Source: Actinomycetota bacterium (lineage in GTDB: Bacteria; Actinomycetota; Thermoleophilia; Gaiellales; Gaiellaceae). From it: a DNA stretch of 64,000 nt. The stretch is taken from contig JBKPMR010000061.1 in NCBI GenBank assembly GCA_046732255.1, forward strand, positions 17,436 to 81,435. The letters run 5' to 3'. Made by a program: the position numbers and the translations under genes. Each line of letters starts with the position of its first letter. The stretch's first letter is position 1. Under the pieces are notes generated by a model. That model had not been told where the DNA came from and searched no databases. It worked only from the letters and a program-made list of their open reading frames with translations. This document shows positions 31,592 through 40,876 of this stretch, piece by piece.

Positions 31592-32335
31592 GAGGCGTTC
31601 CGGGTGCTTGCGGACGAACCGCATGATCGACCGCCAGTGCCAGAGCGTGCGTCGCGTCCAGAAGGTTCGGTCGGTGAGCGCGTCCCAGCGGTGGCGCACG
31701 ACCGCGTCCGGCACGTACCACCGCTCCCAGCCTGCTTTCGCCGCCCGGTAGCAGAGGTCGATCTCCTCCCCGTACATCCGGAACCCGGCGTCGTAACCGC
31801 CGAGCTCGTCGAGCATCGACCGGCGGAGGAGCAGGGAGCCGCCGAGCATCCAGTCCGCCTCGACCGGCTCGGTCGGCCGCTCGTCGAGGTTGTAGTGCGC
31901 GCGCTGGTGCTCGAGCGGTGGGAAGAGGCGGCGGAGCGGCGTGCGCCGGACGAGCGTGCCGGTCACCGTCGGGAAGCGGCGGCGTGACGGCTGCCACGAG
32001 CCGTCGGGATTCTCCAGGCGCGGGCCCGCGATCCCGCAGCGGGGACGGGACTCGAGGAAGTCGGCCAGTGTCGCCACCGCGCGGGGTTGAGGGACGGCGT
32101 CCGGATTGTTGACCAGCACAAGCTCGCCGCGCGTCTCGGCGATCCCGCGGTTCATGTTCGCGGCGTAGCTCAGCGGCCGGCCGTTCTCGACCACGCGCGC
32201 GCCGTGGACGTCGTCGGGGAGGCTGTCCGGGACGTTCGCGATCACCACGATCTCGTCGACCTCGGGCGCGAGCGCCGGCAGCGACTCGGCGAGCTCCTCG
32301 CGGTGGCCGTGCGAGACGACGATCGCCGAGATCAC
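31580..32335 (-). CDS. GT2 family glycosyltransferase
   Basis: 251 aa, ISAIVVSHGHREEL...IVVIANVPD...NPDAV.... Confidence 0.8.
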   Translation of the reverse strand: MISAIVVSHGHREELAESLPALAPEVDEIVVIANVPDSLPDDVHGARVVENGRPLSYAANMNRGIAETRGELVLVNNPDAVPQPRAVATLADFLESRPRCGIAGPRLENPDGSWQPSRRRFPTVTGTLVRRTPLRRLFPPLEHQRAHYNLDERPTEPVEADWMLGGSLLLRRSMLDELGGYDAGFRMYGEEIDLCYRAAKAGWERWYVPDAVVRHRWDALTDRTFWTRRTLWHWRSIMRFVRKHPERLLGR

Positions 32336-33369
32336 TCTGCGAGCGCTCCGCGGTAGACATCGAGCGTTCGGCGGGCCGTCTCCTCCCAGCTGAACGCCTT
32401 CGCGCGCTCGAGACCGGCAGCGACCAGACGGTCGCGCTCGGTCAGGGCGGTACGGACAGCTTCGGTCAGATCGCCGTCCGAGTAGACGGCGGCGTCCCCG
32501 GCCACCTCGCGGAGCGCAGCGTCTTCGGAGACGACGACCGGGGTACCGCAGGCCATCGCCTCGAGTACGGGCAGCCCGAACCCCTCGTAGCGCGAAGGAA
32601 GGAGGAGGGCGGCGGCGCCGCGGTACAGGTTCGCGAGCTCCGCCTTGTCGACGTAGCCGCGGAGATCCGCGCCGAGCGCCGAAAGCTCGCGTGCAAGCGC
32701 GGGCTCGCGCTCCGGGCCTGCGACGACGAGCGGGAGCCCGACCTGCTGCGCGGCGCGGGCGGCGGCGAGCGGGTCCTTCCGCGCCTGGACCGCGCCGACG
32801 TAGAGGAGGTATCCGCCGCCGGCGACCTCACCCGGCCCGAAGGCGGGATCGACGCCGTGCGGCGTGACCGTGACCTTCTCCGGCGGGATCCCGTACAGGT
32901 CGACGAGGTCTCGCTTCGTCCGCTCGCTCACCGCGATCACGTGTTTCGCGCGGCGGGCGGCGCGCGGGACGACGCGCTTGAAGACGAGGCGGTCGCGGCG
33001 GCTCATCGCCGCTGCGTCGCGCTCGAACGAGAGGTCGTGGATCGTCACCACCGCCGGGCACGGGTAGCGAAGCGGCAGCGCATGCTCGAAGTGGGCGAGC
33101 GCCGGCCGGAGCCGGCGAAGCAGTCGCGGCAGCGACCACGCCATCCGCAGCTCCTGCGAGCCGGTGCCCAGGCGAACGGCGTCGACGCCGGAGGGCACGA
33201 GCTCCGGGTGGCGTGTCACAGCCGCGAACCGGAAGTCTCCGCCGCCGAGCTCCGGCAGGAGGCGGACGAGATTCTCGACGTAGGTCTCGTCCCCGGTCCG
33301 TTGCCGGCCGAGGACGTCGGCGTCGATCAGCACGAGCTCGGCGCTGCTCATCCAGTCCCCTCCGGACAT
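32332..33369 (-). CDS. GT4 family glycosyltransferase
   Basis: 345 aa, ...LLPSRYEGFGLPVLEAMACGTPVV.S (E-x7-E region). Alternative start at ATG 33351 (MSSAELVLIDAD). Confidence 0.85.
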   Translation of the reverse strand: MSGGDWMSSAELVLIDADVLGRQRTGDETYVENLVRLLPELGGGDFRFAAVTRHPELVPSGVDAVRLGTGSQELRMAWSLPRLLRRLRPALAHFEHALPLRYPCPAVVTIHDLSFERDAAAMSRRDRLVFKRVVPRAARRAKHVIAVSERTKRDLVDLYGIPPEKVTVTPHGVDPAFGPGEVAGGGYLLYVGAVQARKDPLAAARAAQQVGLPLVVAGPEREPALARELSALGADLRGYVDKAELANLYRGAAALLLPSRYEGFGLPVLEAMACGTPVVVSEDAALREVAGDAAVYSDGDLTEAVRTALTERDRLVAAGLERAKAFSWEETARRTLDVYRGALAE

Positions 33370-33487
33370 GGCCGGGGTCTGACCCCGGCAGCGGCTGCAA
33401 ACGGCACGGCCGACCGGTCACGCTCCGCGTGGTTATGCGGCGTGGTATCCCACTTGGCCATGTCAGGGGTCTGACCCCGGCCACGGC

Positions 33488-34441
33488 TCATCCCGCCACC
33501 TCCTCGTAGACGCTCCGGGTCGCCTCGGCGACTCGCGCCCACGTGAACGCTTGCGCCCGGTCGAGCCCCATCCGGACCAGCTCGTCCCGGCGGGAAACCG
33601 CCTCCTCGATCCCGGCCGCGATCGCCGTCGGATCGCGCGGGTCGACGAGCACCGCCGCGCCGCCCGCGACTTCCTCCGTCGCTCCGCCGACGCTCGTCAC
33701 TACCGGCGTCCCGCAGGCCATCGCCTCCACCACGGGGATGCCGAAGCCTTCGTAGAGCGACGGGTAGACGAGACAGCGGGCGCCGCGGTAGAGCGCGGCG
33801 AGTTCCTCGTCGGAGACGCGGCCCAGCCAGCCGTCGACCTGCACTTCACCCCAGCCGGGCGCGCCGACGACTCTCAACTCCACACCGAGCGTTCGTACGG
33901 CTTGCTGCACGAGCGCGAGATTCTTGCGCGGCTCCAGCGTCCCGACGGCGAGGACGTAGTCGCCCACGGCTGCGGAGCCCTGGGCGACGAACGGCTCTCC
34001 GACACCGTTCGGGATCACGCGGATCCGCTCGGCTGGGACGCTGAGCAGCTCGACGATCTCGCCGCGGGTGAACTCGGACACGGCGATCAGGCGCCTCGCC
34101 GCCCGCACCACCGTGGGAACGGCAATGCGGCTGTAGCGCCGCGTCCACTGGTTGAACGTCCCTGGGTGGCGCAGGACGGCGAGGTCGTGGACCGTTACCA
34201 CCACGGGCACGGAGCTCCGTACAGGGCCCCGGAAGGTCGGGCAGTGCAGGACGTCGAGTCCACGCGCCGCGTGCGGCAGGCCGTGGGGGTACCACCAGAG
34301 GTCGCGAACGAGCGTCGCGAGCCGCCGCGAGCCGCCCCAGGACAGCCGCTCGTACTGGTTGTGCGTGAGCAGCCCGCGGACGTAGCGGGCGGTGCCCGCC
34401 TGCGTCTGGACGAGCGGCGACGTGTCGAGGCCTACGCGCAT
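33488..34441 (-). CDS. GT4 family glycosyltransferase
   Basis: 317 aa, [26 protein letters not shown]. Confidence 0.85.
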   Translation of the reverse strand: MRVGLDTSPLVQTQAGTARYVRGLLTHNQYERLSWGGSRRLATLVRDLWWYPHGLPHAARGLDVLHCPTFRGPVRSSVPVVVTVHDLAVLRHPGTFNQWTRRYSRIAVPTVVRAARRLIAVSEFTRGEIVELLSVPAERIRVIPNGVGEPFVAQGSAAVGDYVLAVGTLEPRKNLALVQQAVRTLGVELRVVGAPGWGEVQVDGWLGRVSDEELAALYRGARCLVYPSLYEGFGIPVVEAMACGTPVVTSVGGATEEVAGGAAVLVDPRDPTAIAAGIEEAVSRRDELVRMGLDRAQAFTWARVAEATRSVYEEVAG

Positions 34442-35490
34442 CGGAGAAACGCGTCAAGCATGACGCGCCCGGTCTCATTCCAACGGAACCGGGCGGCATG
34501 GGTGAGGCCGCGAGGAACGAGCTCGTCGGGTCGCCGAAGCGCCTCCTCGAGAGCCGTGCCGATCGCCGACGGGTCATCCGGGTCGGCACGGACGGCCACG
34601 TCGCCGGATGCCTCATCCATCGACGGATGGGCGGAGGCAACGACCGGCACGCCGGCCGCCATCGCCTCGACGATCGGGATCCCGAACCCCTCGAACCGGG
34701 ACGGGTAGACGAACGCAGCCGCGCCGCGGTACAGCCGTCCGAGCTCGTCGTCGTCCACGTAGCCGAGCCGGATCACGTCGGGACGGTCGAGCGACGGCTG
34801 CGGCCCCCATCCAGCCGCACCGACGACCGCAAGCGCATGTCCGTCCGGAAGCGGCGCCGCGAGCAGCGTCTCCAGGTTCTTGCGCGGCTCGAGCGTCGCG
34901 ACCGTGAGGACGTACGGCCGCCCGAGGTCCGCGCGCTCCCCGGCCGCCGCGACATCAACGCCCGGATACGCGACGACGACGTTCTGCGGCGACACCCCCA
35001 GCAGCTCCACGACCTCGCCCTTCGTGAACTCGGAGTTGACGAAGACCACGTCGCACGTGCGAGCCGCGTTCCGGTACTTGGCGCCGTGCATCCGCTTCGT
35101 TCGCGCCTGCACCCACTCCGGGAAGCGAAGCGGCACGAGGTCGTGGACCATCGTCGAGCGGATGCCGCCTCGCTGCGGCGGGTACATCCAGTCGGAGAAG
35201 TGGAGGACGTCGACCGGGCCCAGGAAGCGCTCCAGGGGCGGCCAGGCCGCGCGGCTCCAACCCTGGCGCCAGTGGTGCGCGAACGGGAGGAAGACCAGCC
35301 GCGGCTCGACCGGGATCCCGGCGAGCGCCTCCGGGATCCGCCGCTTGCCCTGCGGGCTCGTCGGCGCGAACGGCACGACCTCGTGTCCGGCGCCCGCCGC
35401 CTCGACCAGCCCGGCGAGCGAGCCGCGGATGTAGTTCCCCACCCCGGTCCGCGGGTGCGAGAGCGGCGAGACGTCGAAGGCGATCCGCAC
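34432..35490 (-). CDS. GT4 family glycosyltransferase
   Basis: 352 aa, VYPSRFEGFGIPIVEAMAAGVPVVAS. Confidence 0.85.
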   Translation of the reverse strand: MRIAFDVSPLSHPRTGVGNYIRGSLAGLVEAAGAGHEVVPFAPTSPQGKRRIPEALAGIPVEPRLVFLPFAHHWRQGWSRAAWPPLERFLGPVDVLHFSDWMYPPQRGGIRSTMVHDLVPLRFPEWVQARTKRMHGAKYRNAARTCDVVFVNSEFTKGEVVELLGVSPQNVVVAYPGVDVAAAGERADLGRPYVLTVATLEPRKNLETLLAAPLPDGHALAVVGAAGWGPQPSLDRPDVIRLGYVDDDELGRLYRGAAAFVYPSRFEGFGIPIVEAMAAGVPVVASAHPSMDEASGDVAVRADPDDPSAIGTALEEALRRPDELVPRGLTHAARFRWNETGRVMLDAFLRCA

Positions 35491-37583
35491 TACGGTCGGT
35501 AGGTGAACCGCGTGAAGTGGACGCCGAGCTCGCGCGGATCGGGGTTCTGTCCCTTGGTCACCACCTTCGGCACCGCCGTCGGCGAGACGGTGAAGCGAAC
35601 GATGCAGGATTGGCCGAGCGCCTCGAGCGGAACCTCGAGGAGCTTCGTCGCGGTCGGCGCCACCTGCGCGCGCGCCACCTCGCGGCCGGCGACGGACGCA
35701 ACGACGCTCGTCGGCTTCGTGAACAGCGACGGGTCGCTCTGGAGGGTGACGACGACCGAGCCGCCGCGGCAGTCGTGCCGCGTGTAGGTCACCTCACGGC
35801 CGGACCACGTGTCCTGCGGGTACAGGCCGTCGACCCGCGAGACCTGGCGCAGCGGCCCGACGATCCGGCGCAGGACGATTCCCTTCCGGGCATCCTGCGC
35901 CACGACACGGCCGCCGACGTCGACGGTCCCGTCCGTGAGCACGTACTCGGCATGGACGACCTTGCTGTCGGGCCCGCGCATCAAGCCGGTCTCGGCGTCG
36001 GTGGTGAGCGGCTTCTCCGGGAGGTCGCCCTCGAGCGGCGAGCTCGTGTAGTAGAAGTGCCGCACGCTCCGGTTGAAGAACTCGTTCTCCCAGACGGAGT
36101 ACTTGTCGGTGTTGCCGGACCAGATCAAGGCGACCTGCGCGTCACGGCCGACCGAGCGATCGACCCAGTCCGGGTGAGCGGCGGTGATCCCCTGGAAGAG
36201 GTCGAGGATCGACGTCTGCCGGTACTTGCCCTCGATCGGCTTCTGCGAGACCCCGAAGTAGACGAATACGAGCAGCGGCAGCACGAGTGCGTATCGCGCC
36301 GGCACGAAGAGGAACAGCAGGCACGCACCCAGCGATGCGACGAGGGCGAGCCACTGCAGGTTCGGAATCCCGCCGAACGACGGCGCGACCGACCAGAGGA
36401 CGACCAACGCGGTCGTATCGGAGACGGCCGGCAGCCCGATCAGCTTCGTGTACGGCAGGACCGTGACGGCCACGACCGCGACCGCGACGGCGGGAACGGC
36501 CACCGCCCAGGGACGCGGACAGCCGCGCTCGACCCAGAGCATCAGGGCGGTCAGGAACAGCGGAGCGACGTAGAACATGTTCCGCTCCTCCACCCGCAGC
36601 GACTGCTCGGATGCGAACGTCGCCACCTCGAGCACGAGCCAGAAGGAAAGCGTCACCGCCGCCGCCAGGAACGCGCGCTCGGACCGCGGCCGCCCGCGCA
36701 TCGTCAGCGCCAGAACGACCAGCGCTACGAACGGAATCACGCCGAGCGACAGGATCAGCTCCTCCCAGTGGTAGAGCCACCAGTGGAAGACGCCGTCCGC
36801 CGTGTAGCCGGCGTGTCCCGCGATCTCGTACGCGCCGAAGATCCCGAATACCGACGCACCGCGCCCGACCTGGACGACGACGACCACCAGCACCGCCGCG
36901 GCCCCGGCAGCGAAGAACCAGCGGAACTCGCGCAGCGCCCGCCGCCCCGAGACCAGGAAGGGCGCGGTCGCGACCGCAGGCAGGATCGCAACCGCCTGCG
37001 CCCGGGTGAGGTAGGCCAGCACGAACGCGCCGAACAGCAGGAGCGTCCGGGTCAGGTCCGGCCGCTCGAGCCACACAACCATCGCCAGGGCCGCGAGCAG
37101 GAACGCCGGGTAAAACGCGTTCTCGGTCATCAGCATCCCGGCGAAGAGCAGCGTCGGGACCGACATCGACAGGACCGCGGCGGCGAACGCGTACGGCCGC
37201 GAGCAGACCCGCCGGGCGAGCAGGTATGCGGGCACGGCCGCCAGCGAGACGACGACGGCGTTGATCCCCTTCGCCGCCGCGTAGGCCTGCGGGACACGAT
37301 CGAAGAGCGCCCAGGCCGGGCTGAGCAGGGCCGGGTAGACGAGCCCGTAGGCGGCGGTGTGCTCGCCGCGGAGCAGGAAGCGGCCGGTGTCCGCGAAGCT
37401 CTTCGCCAGCTCGGAGTAGACGAGCTCGTCGACCATGATCCACGGCGCGACGATCCGGCGGGCGAGCGCATAGCGAATGCCGGCTGAGACGACCACGAGG
37501 CCGCCGACCCACACCCACATCGGGACGGCGCGGACGAGCTCGGCCGCGCGCGTGCGCGACTGGGCGACCGCGTCAGTCGCCAA
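35490..37583 (-). CDS. ArnT/PMT_2-like GT-C membrane glycosyltransferase, paralog of 27009-29285
   Basis: ORF 35490..37682. MVDELVYSELAKSFADTGRF, more than 10 TM segments, ~300-aa C-terminal soluble domain. Start is TTG 37583 or ATG 37520. Confidence 0.7.
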   Translation of the reverse strand: MATDAVAQSRTRAAELVRAVPMWVWVGGLVVVSAGIRYALARRIVAPWIMVDELVYSELAKSFADTGRFLLRGEHTAAYGLVYPALLSPAWALFDRVPQAYAAAKGINAVVVSLAAVPAYLLARRVCSRPYAFAAAVLSMSVPTLLFAGMLMTENAFYPAFLLAALAMVVWLERPDLTRTLLLFGAFVLAYLTRAQAVAILPAVATAPFLVSGRRALREFRWFFAAGAAAVLVVVVVQVGRGASVFGIFGAYEIAGHAGYTADGVFHWWLYHWEELILSLGVIPFVALVVLALTMRGRPRSERAFLAAAVTLSFWLVLEVATFASEQSLRVEERNMFYVAPLFLTALMLWVERGCPRPWAVAVPAVAVAVVAVTVLPYTKLIGLPAVSDTTALVVLWSVAPSFGGIPNLQWLALVASLGACLLFLFVPARYALVLPLLVFVYFGVSQKPIEGKYRQTSILDLFQGITAAHPDWVDRSVGRDAQVALIWSGNTDKYSVWENEFFNRSVRHFYYTSSPLEGDLPEKPLTTDAETGLMRGPDSKVVHAEYVLTDGTVDVGGRVVAQDARKGIVLRRIVGPLRQVSRVDGLYPQDTWSGREVTYTRHDCRGGSVVVTLQSDPSLFTKPTSVVASVAGREVARAQVAPTATKLLEVPLEALGQSCIVRFTVSPTAVPKVVTKGQNPDPRELGVHFTRFTYRP

Positions 37584-38781
37584 GGCCGACCTCGCGCAGC
37601 CTCGCCGCGAGGAGGGTCGCGTCCTCTCCGTCCATGCCGACGTCGGCAGCGGCGGAGGCGACCTCGTGCAGCACGCGCTCATGGACGATCGGACCGCCGG
37701 CGAGCGCCTCCAGCGCGGCCGCGTAAGCCTCGGCCACCCGTTCGACCAGGTGCTCGCGCTCGATCAGTTCCCGCGCACGGTCCCCCATCGCTGCGCGGAC
37801 ATCCGGGTCGGCGAGCGCCTCCAGTGCAGCCACCAGCGTGTCCTCCTCACGCTCGTCGACTGGCACCTTCAGCACCGCGTCGGCGGGGAGCTCGCCGAAC
37901 CAGCCGACGTCGCTGACCACCAGCGGCTTGCCGAGCGAGAGCGCGCGGATTGCGCTGCCCGAGGTCTCGCCCATCGTCGGCGAGCGGAGCGAGACGATCG
38001 CGTCGCAGGCGGCCATCAGAGACCAGAGTTCGTCCTCCGGCACGTAGTCGTGCCTGATCACGCCCTCCGGCAGCTCCAGACGCGACAGCCGGGATGCCAG
38101 CGAACCGACGAGCAGCAGCCGCGCCTCCGGCCGGCGCCCGCGCACGCGCGCGAACGCCGACAGGAGCTCTTCGATCCGTTTGCTCTCGTTCAGGTGGCCG
38201 AAGCAGCCGTACAGCGGATCGCCGACGACGTCGGCGGGCTCGAGCTGCGGAACGGGCCAGGCCGGGTGCGGGATGCGGACGATCGGGCCGCGGTAACCCG
38301 CCTCGCGCGCCCGCCGCTCGACGTAGTGCGAGTGGACGATCAGTGCGGTCGCGTGGTCGAGCACCTCGCGGGCGAGCGGGAAGTCCTCGGGTCGCGTCTC
38401 CCAGAGCGGCGGCAGCTTGTTGTCGAGCACCGCGTAGGCGAGCAGCCGGCCGACGAGGCCGCGCTCGCGCTCCATCGCCGCGAGGTAGCCGGCAGCGTCG
38501 CCGCGGGCGAAGGTGAGGCCGACAACGAGGTGGTGTAGGACGAAGTCGTGGAGGACGACGACGCCGGGCTTGCGGCGCAGCGCTTCGACGATCCAGCCGT
38601 GGGCCTCGGCGTCGTTGCCAACGTGGTAGAGGCGGAGGTCGGCAGGCGGCTCGCGCCGGAACCGGCCGGGGCGGGCGACGACGACCTCGATCCGCCGCTC
38701 GAGCTCCAGCAGCAGCAGCGCCGAGTAGTCCGCGATCCCGGAGCGTGACGGCGGAAGCGGGGAATAGTAGGCGACCTTCAC
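37573..38781 (-). CDS. GT4-like glycosyltransferase (tandem paralog 1)
   Basis: 402 aa, MKVAYYSPLPPSRSGIADYSALLL...SLRSPTMGETSGSAIRALSLGKPLVVSD. Confidence 0.8.
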   Translation of the reverse strand: MKVAYYSPLPPSRSGIADYSALLLLELERRIEVVVARPGRFRREPPADLRLYHVGNDAEAHGWIVEALRRKPGVVVLHDFVLHHLVVGLTFARGDAAGYLAAMERERGLVGRLLAYAVLDNKLPPLWETRPEDFPLAREVLDHATALIVHSHYVERRAREAGYRGPIVRIPHPAWPVPQLEPADVVGDPLYGCFGHLNESKRIEELLSAFARVRGRRPEARLLLVGSLASRLSRLELPEGVIRHDYVPEDELWSLMAACDAIVSLRSPTMGETSGSAIRALSLGKPLVVSDVGWFGELPADAVLKVPVDEREEDTLVAALEALADPDVRAAMGDRARELIEREHLVERVAEAYAAALEALAGGPIVHERVLHEVASAAADVGMDGEDATLLAARLREVGLGD

Positions 38782-39875
38782 GCCGCCACCGCCGGGATCA
38801 TCGCCTGGAGCGCCTCGGCGTAGAGGTCGGCGGTCCGGTCGAGGCGATGCTCGGTCGTGGCGACACGTCTGGCCGCCTCGCTCATCTGCTCGTTGCCAGC
38901 CGCGTGGCGCATCGCCTCTTCGAGCGCGTCGATCTCACCGTCGCCGACCGGCACCTTGATCGAGACCTCGTCGGGCAGCTCACGGAACGCGCCGACGTCG
39001 CTGACGATCAGCGGCTTGCCCACCGAAAGCGCGCGAATCGCAGCCGCCGAGGTCTCGCCCATCGTCGGCCAGCGCAGCGACACGACCGCGTCGCAGGCGG
39101 CCAGCAGCCGCCAGAGCTCGTCCTCGGCGACGTAGTCGCGACGAATGACGTTCGGCGGCGGCTCGATCCGGGGCAGCCGCGGCGACCAGGAGCCGACGAG
39201 CAGCAGCCGCGCCTCCGGCCCGAGTCGCGTGAACGCCCCGAGGATCTGCGGGACGCGCTTGCTCTCGTTGACGTGACCGAAGCAGCCGAGGACCGGACTG
39301 CCGTCGATCGGCTCCGGGACGATCGGCGGGACGGGCCACGCGGGCATCGGCACCCGACGGATCGGGCGGTCGTACCCGGCGTCGCGGGCAAGGCCCTCGA
39401 CGTACCGGGAGTGGACGATCAGTCCGGTGGCCGCGTCCAGCACCCTGTGCACGAGCGGGAACTCCTGAGCCCGCGTCTCCCAGAGCGGCTCGATACGGCC
39501 CTGCTGGACCGCCAGCCCGAGCTCGCGCCCCTCCGGACCCGCGTCGCGCTCGAGCGCGGCGCAGTAGCCCTCGACGTCTCCGCGGGCGAGGGTGATCCCG
39601 GAGACGAGATGGTGCAGGACGAACTCGTGCAGCACGACGACGCCCGGGCGCCTCTGGAGCGCTTCGACGATCCAGCCGTGCTCGTCGGGGTCGTTGCCGA
39701 CGTGGTACAGGGCGACGTCAGCTTTGGGCGCGCGGCGGAAGCGTCCGGGCCTGGCGACGACGACGTCCATCCGCTCCTGGAGCGCAGGCAGGAGGAGCGC
39801 CGAGTAGTCCGCGATCCCGGACCGCGACGGCGGAAGCGGCGAGTAGTAGGCGACCCTGACGGCTTCGTCTCTCAC
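38778..39875 (-). CDS. GT4-like glycosyltransferase (tandem paralog 2)
   Basis: Last 365 aa of ORF 38778..40748. VRVAYYSPLPPSRSGIADYSALLL...SLRWPTMGETSAAAIRALSVGKPLIVSD. GTG 39875 overlaps the upstream TGA. Confidence 0.8.
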   Translation of the reverse strand: MRDEAVRVAYYSPLPPSRSGIADYSALLLPALQERMDVVVARPGRFRRAPKADVALYHVGNDPDEHGWIVEALQRRPGVVVLHEFVLHHLVSGITLARGDVEGYCAALERDAGPEGRELGLAVQQGRIEPLWETRAQEFPLVHRVLDAATGLIVHSRYVEGLARDAGYDRPIRRVPMPAWPVPPIVPEPIDGSPVLGCFGHVNESKRVPQILGAFTRLGPEARLLLVGSWSPRLPRIEPPPNVIRRDYVAEDELWRLLAACDAVVSLRWPTMGETSAAAIRALSVGKPLIVSDVGAFRELPDEVSIKVPVGDGEIDALEEAMRHAAGNEQMSEAARRVATTEHRLDRTADLYAEALQAMIPAVAA

Positions 39876-40876
39876 GCCAGCAGTCTGTCGATGGTCGTGT
39901 CCCAGGTGACGCGCTCGGCGAGCTGGTGACCGGCCCGGCCCCAGGCCTGCGCGTCGTCGGGATTCAGCCTGCCGAACGCCGCCGCCAGCTCCTCGGCCCG
40001 CGGCTCGCAGACCAGGCCCGTCACGCCGTCTCTGACGATCTCCAGCGGGCCGCCGGCGTCGGTCGTCGTCACGACGGGCTTGTCGGCGAGGAACGCCTCG
40101 TAGGGCACCATCCCGAAATCCTCGTCGACCGGCGCGTAGAACACGGCGAGACAGCCTGCGTACAGGTCGGTCAGCTCCTGCTCCGAGACCCGGCCCGCGA
40201 AGCGCACCTCCCCTCCGTCGGCCACCGACTCCAGCCGTTCGCGATCGGGCCCGTCGCCCGCGATCACGACGGGCGTCCCGGACTTCGCGGCCGCCTCGAT
40301 CAGCAGGTCGATCCGCTTCGCGCGGTCGAGCCGGCCGACGGAGAGCACGAAGTCGCCGTACGCATCGCAGCGGTACGGAAGCTCCTGGGGCGGGTGCGGC
40401 ATCACCTCGGCGGAGATCCCGGTGGAGCGCTCGAGGCGGTCGGCGACGTTCCGGGAGGTGGCGAAGACCTTCCGCGCCTCGCCGAGCGCGAGCCGGTCGA
40501 GCTGCTGGACCTTCCGCCGGATCGCCCGGTCCTCGGGCGACTCGCCGAACTGGCCGAGTGCCGTGCGGTCGAGCTCGTAGGCCTGCCGGAACTGGTGGAC
40601 GAGCCAGACGACCTTGTTCGGGTGGCGGACGACGTAGGAGGGAAACTTCGTCGCGATCACGAGGTCGATCCGGCGGCCGTCGGCCTCCTCGAGGTCGACC
40701 AGCCGCCAGAGGAAGGTCTGGGTCAGCACCCGCTCCCCCGGATACCACTTGAACGGGACGCTGACGAGGTCGGCGTCGTGGCCGCGGCGTCGCAGCTCGG
40801 CGACGAGGTCGTCGGTGAAGATCTCGACGCCGCCGCGGGCGAACGCGACCTGCGGCCTGCAGACGGCGATTCTCAA
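39872..40876 (-). CDS. GT4 family glycosyltransferase
   Basis: 334 aa, ...FYAPVDEDFGMVPYEAFLADKPVVTT. TTG start in a TTGA overlap with the upstream stop. Confidence 0.8.
   Translation of the reverse strand: MRIAVCRPQVAFARGGVEIFTDDLVAELRRRGHDADLVSVPFKWYPGERVLTQTFLWRLVDLEEADGRRIDLVIATKFPSYVVRHPNKVVWLVHQFRQAYELDRTALGQFGESPEDRAIRRKVQQLDRLALGEARKVFATSRNVADRLERSTGISAEVMPHPPQELPYRCDAYGDFVLSVGRLDRAKRIDLLIEAAAKSGTPVVIAGDGPDRERLESVADGGEVRFAGRVSEQELTDLYAGCLAVFYAPVDEDFGMVPYEAFLADKPVVTTTDAGGPLEIVRDGVTGLVCEPRAEELAAAFGRLNPDDAQAWGRAGHQLAERVTWDTTIDRLLA

Noticed and set aside
33348-33542. 64-aa ORF as listed in the track (start 33542)
   Set aside because: Its first 17 codons lie inside the GT4 gene 33488..34441 in another frame. 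Only the shorter 47-codon version starting at the ATGA junction (33491) is considered, and even that has weak coding statistics (see findings).
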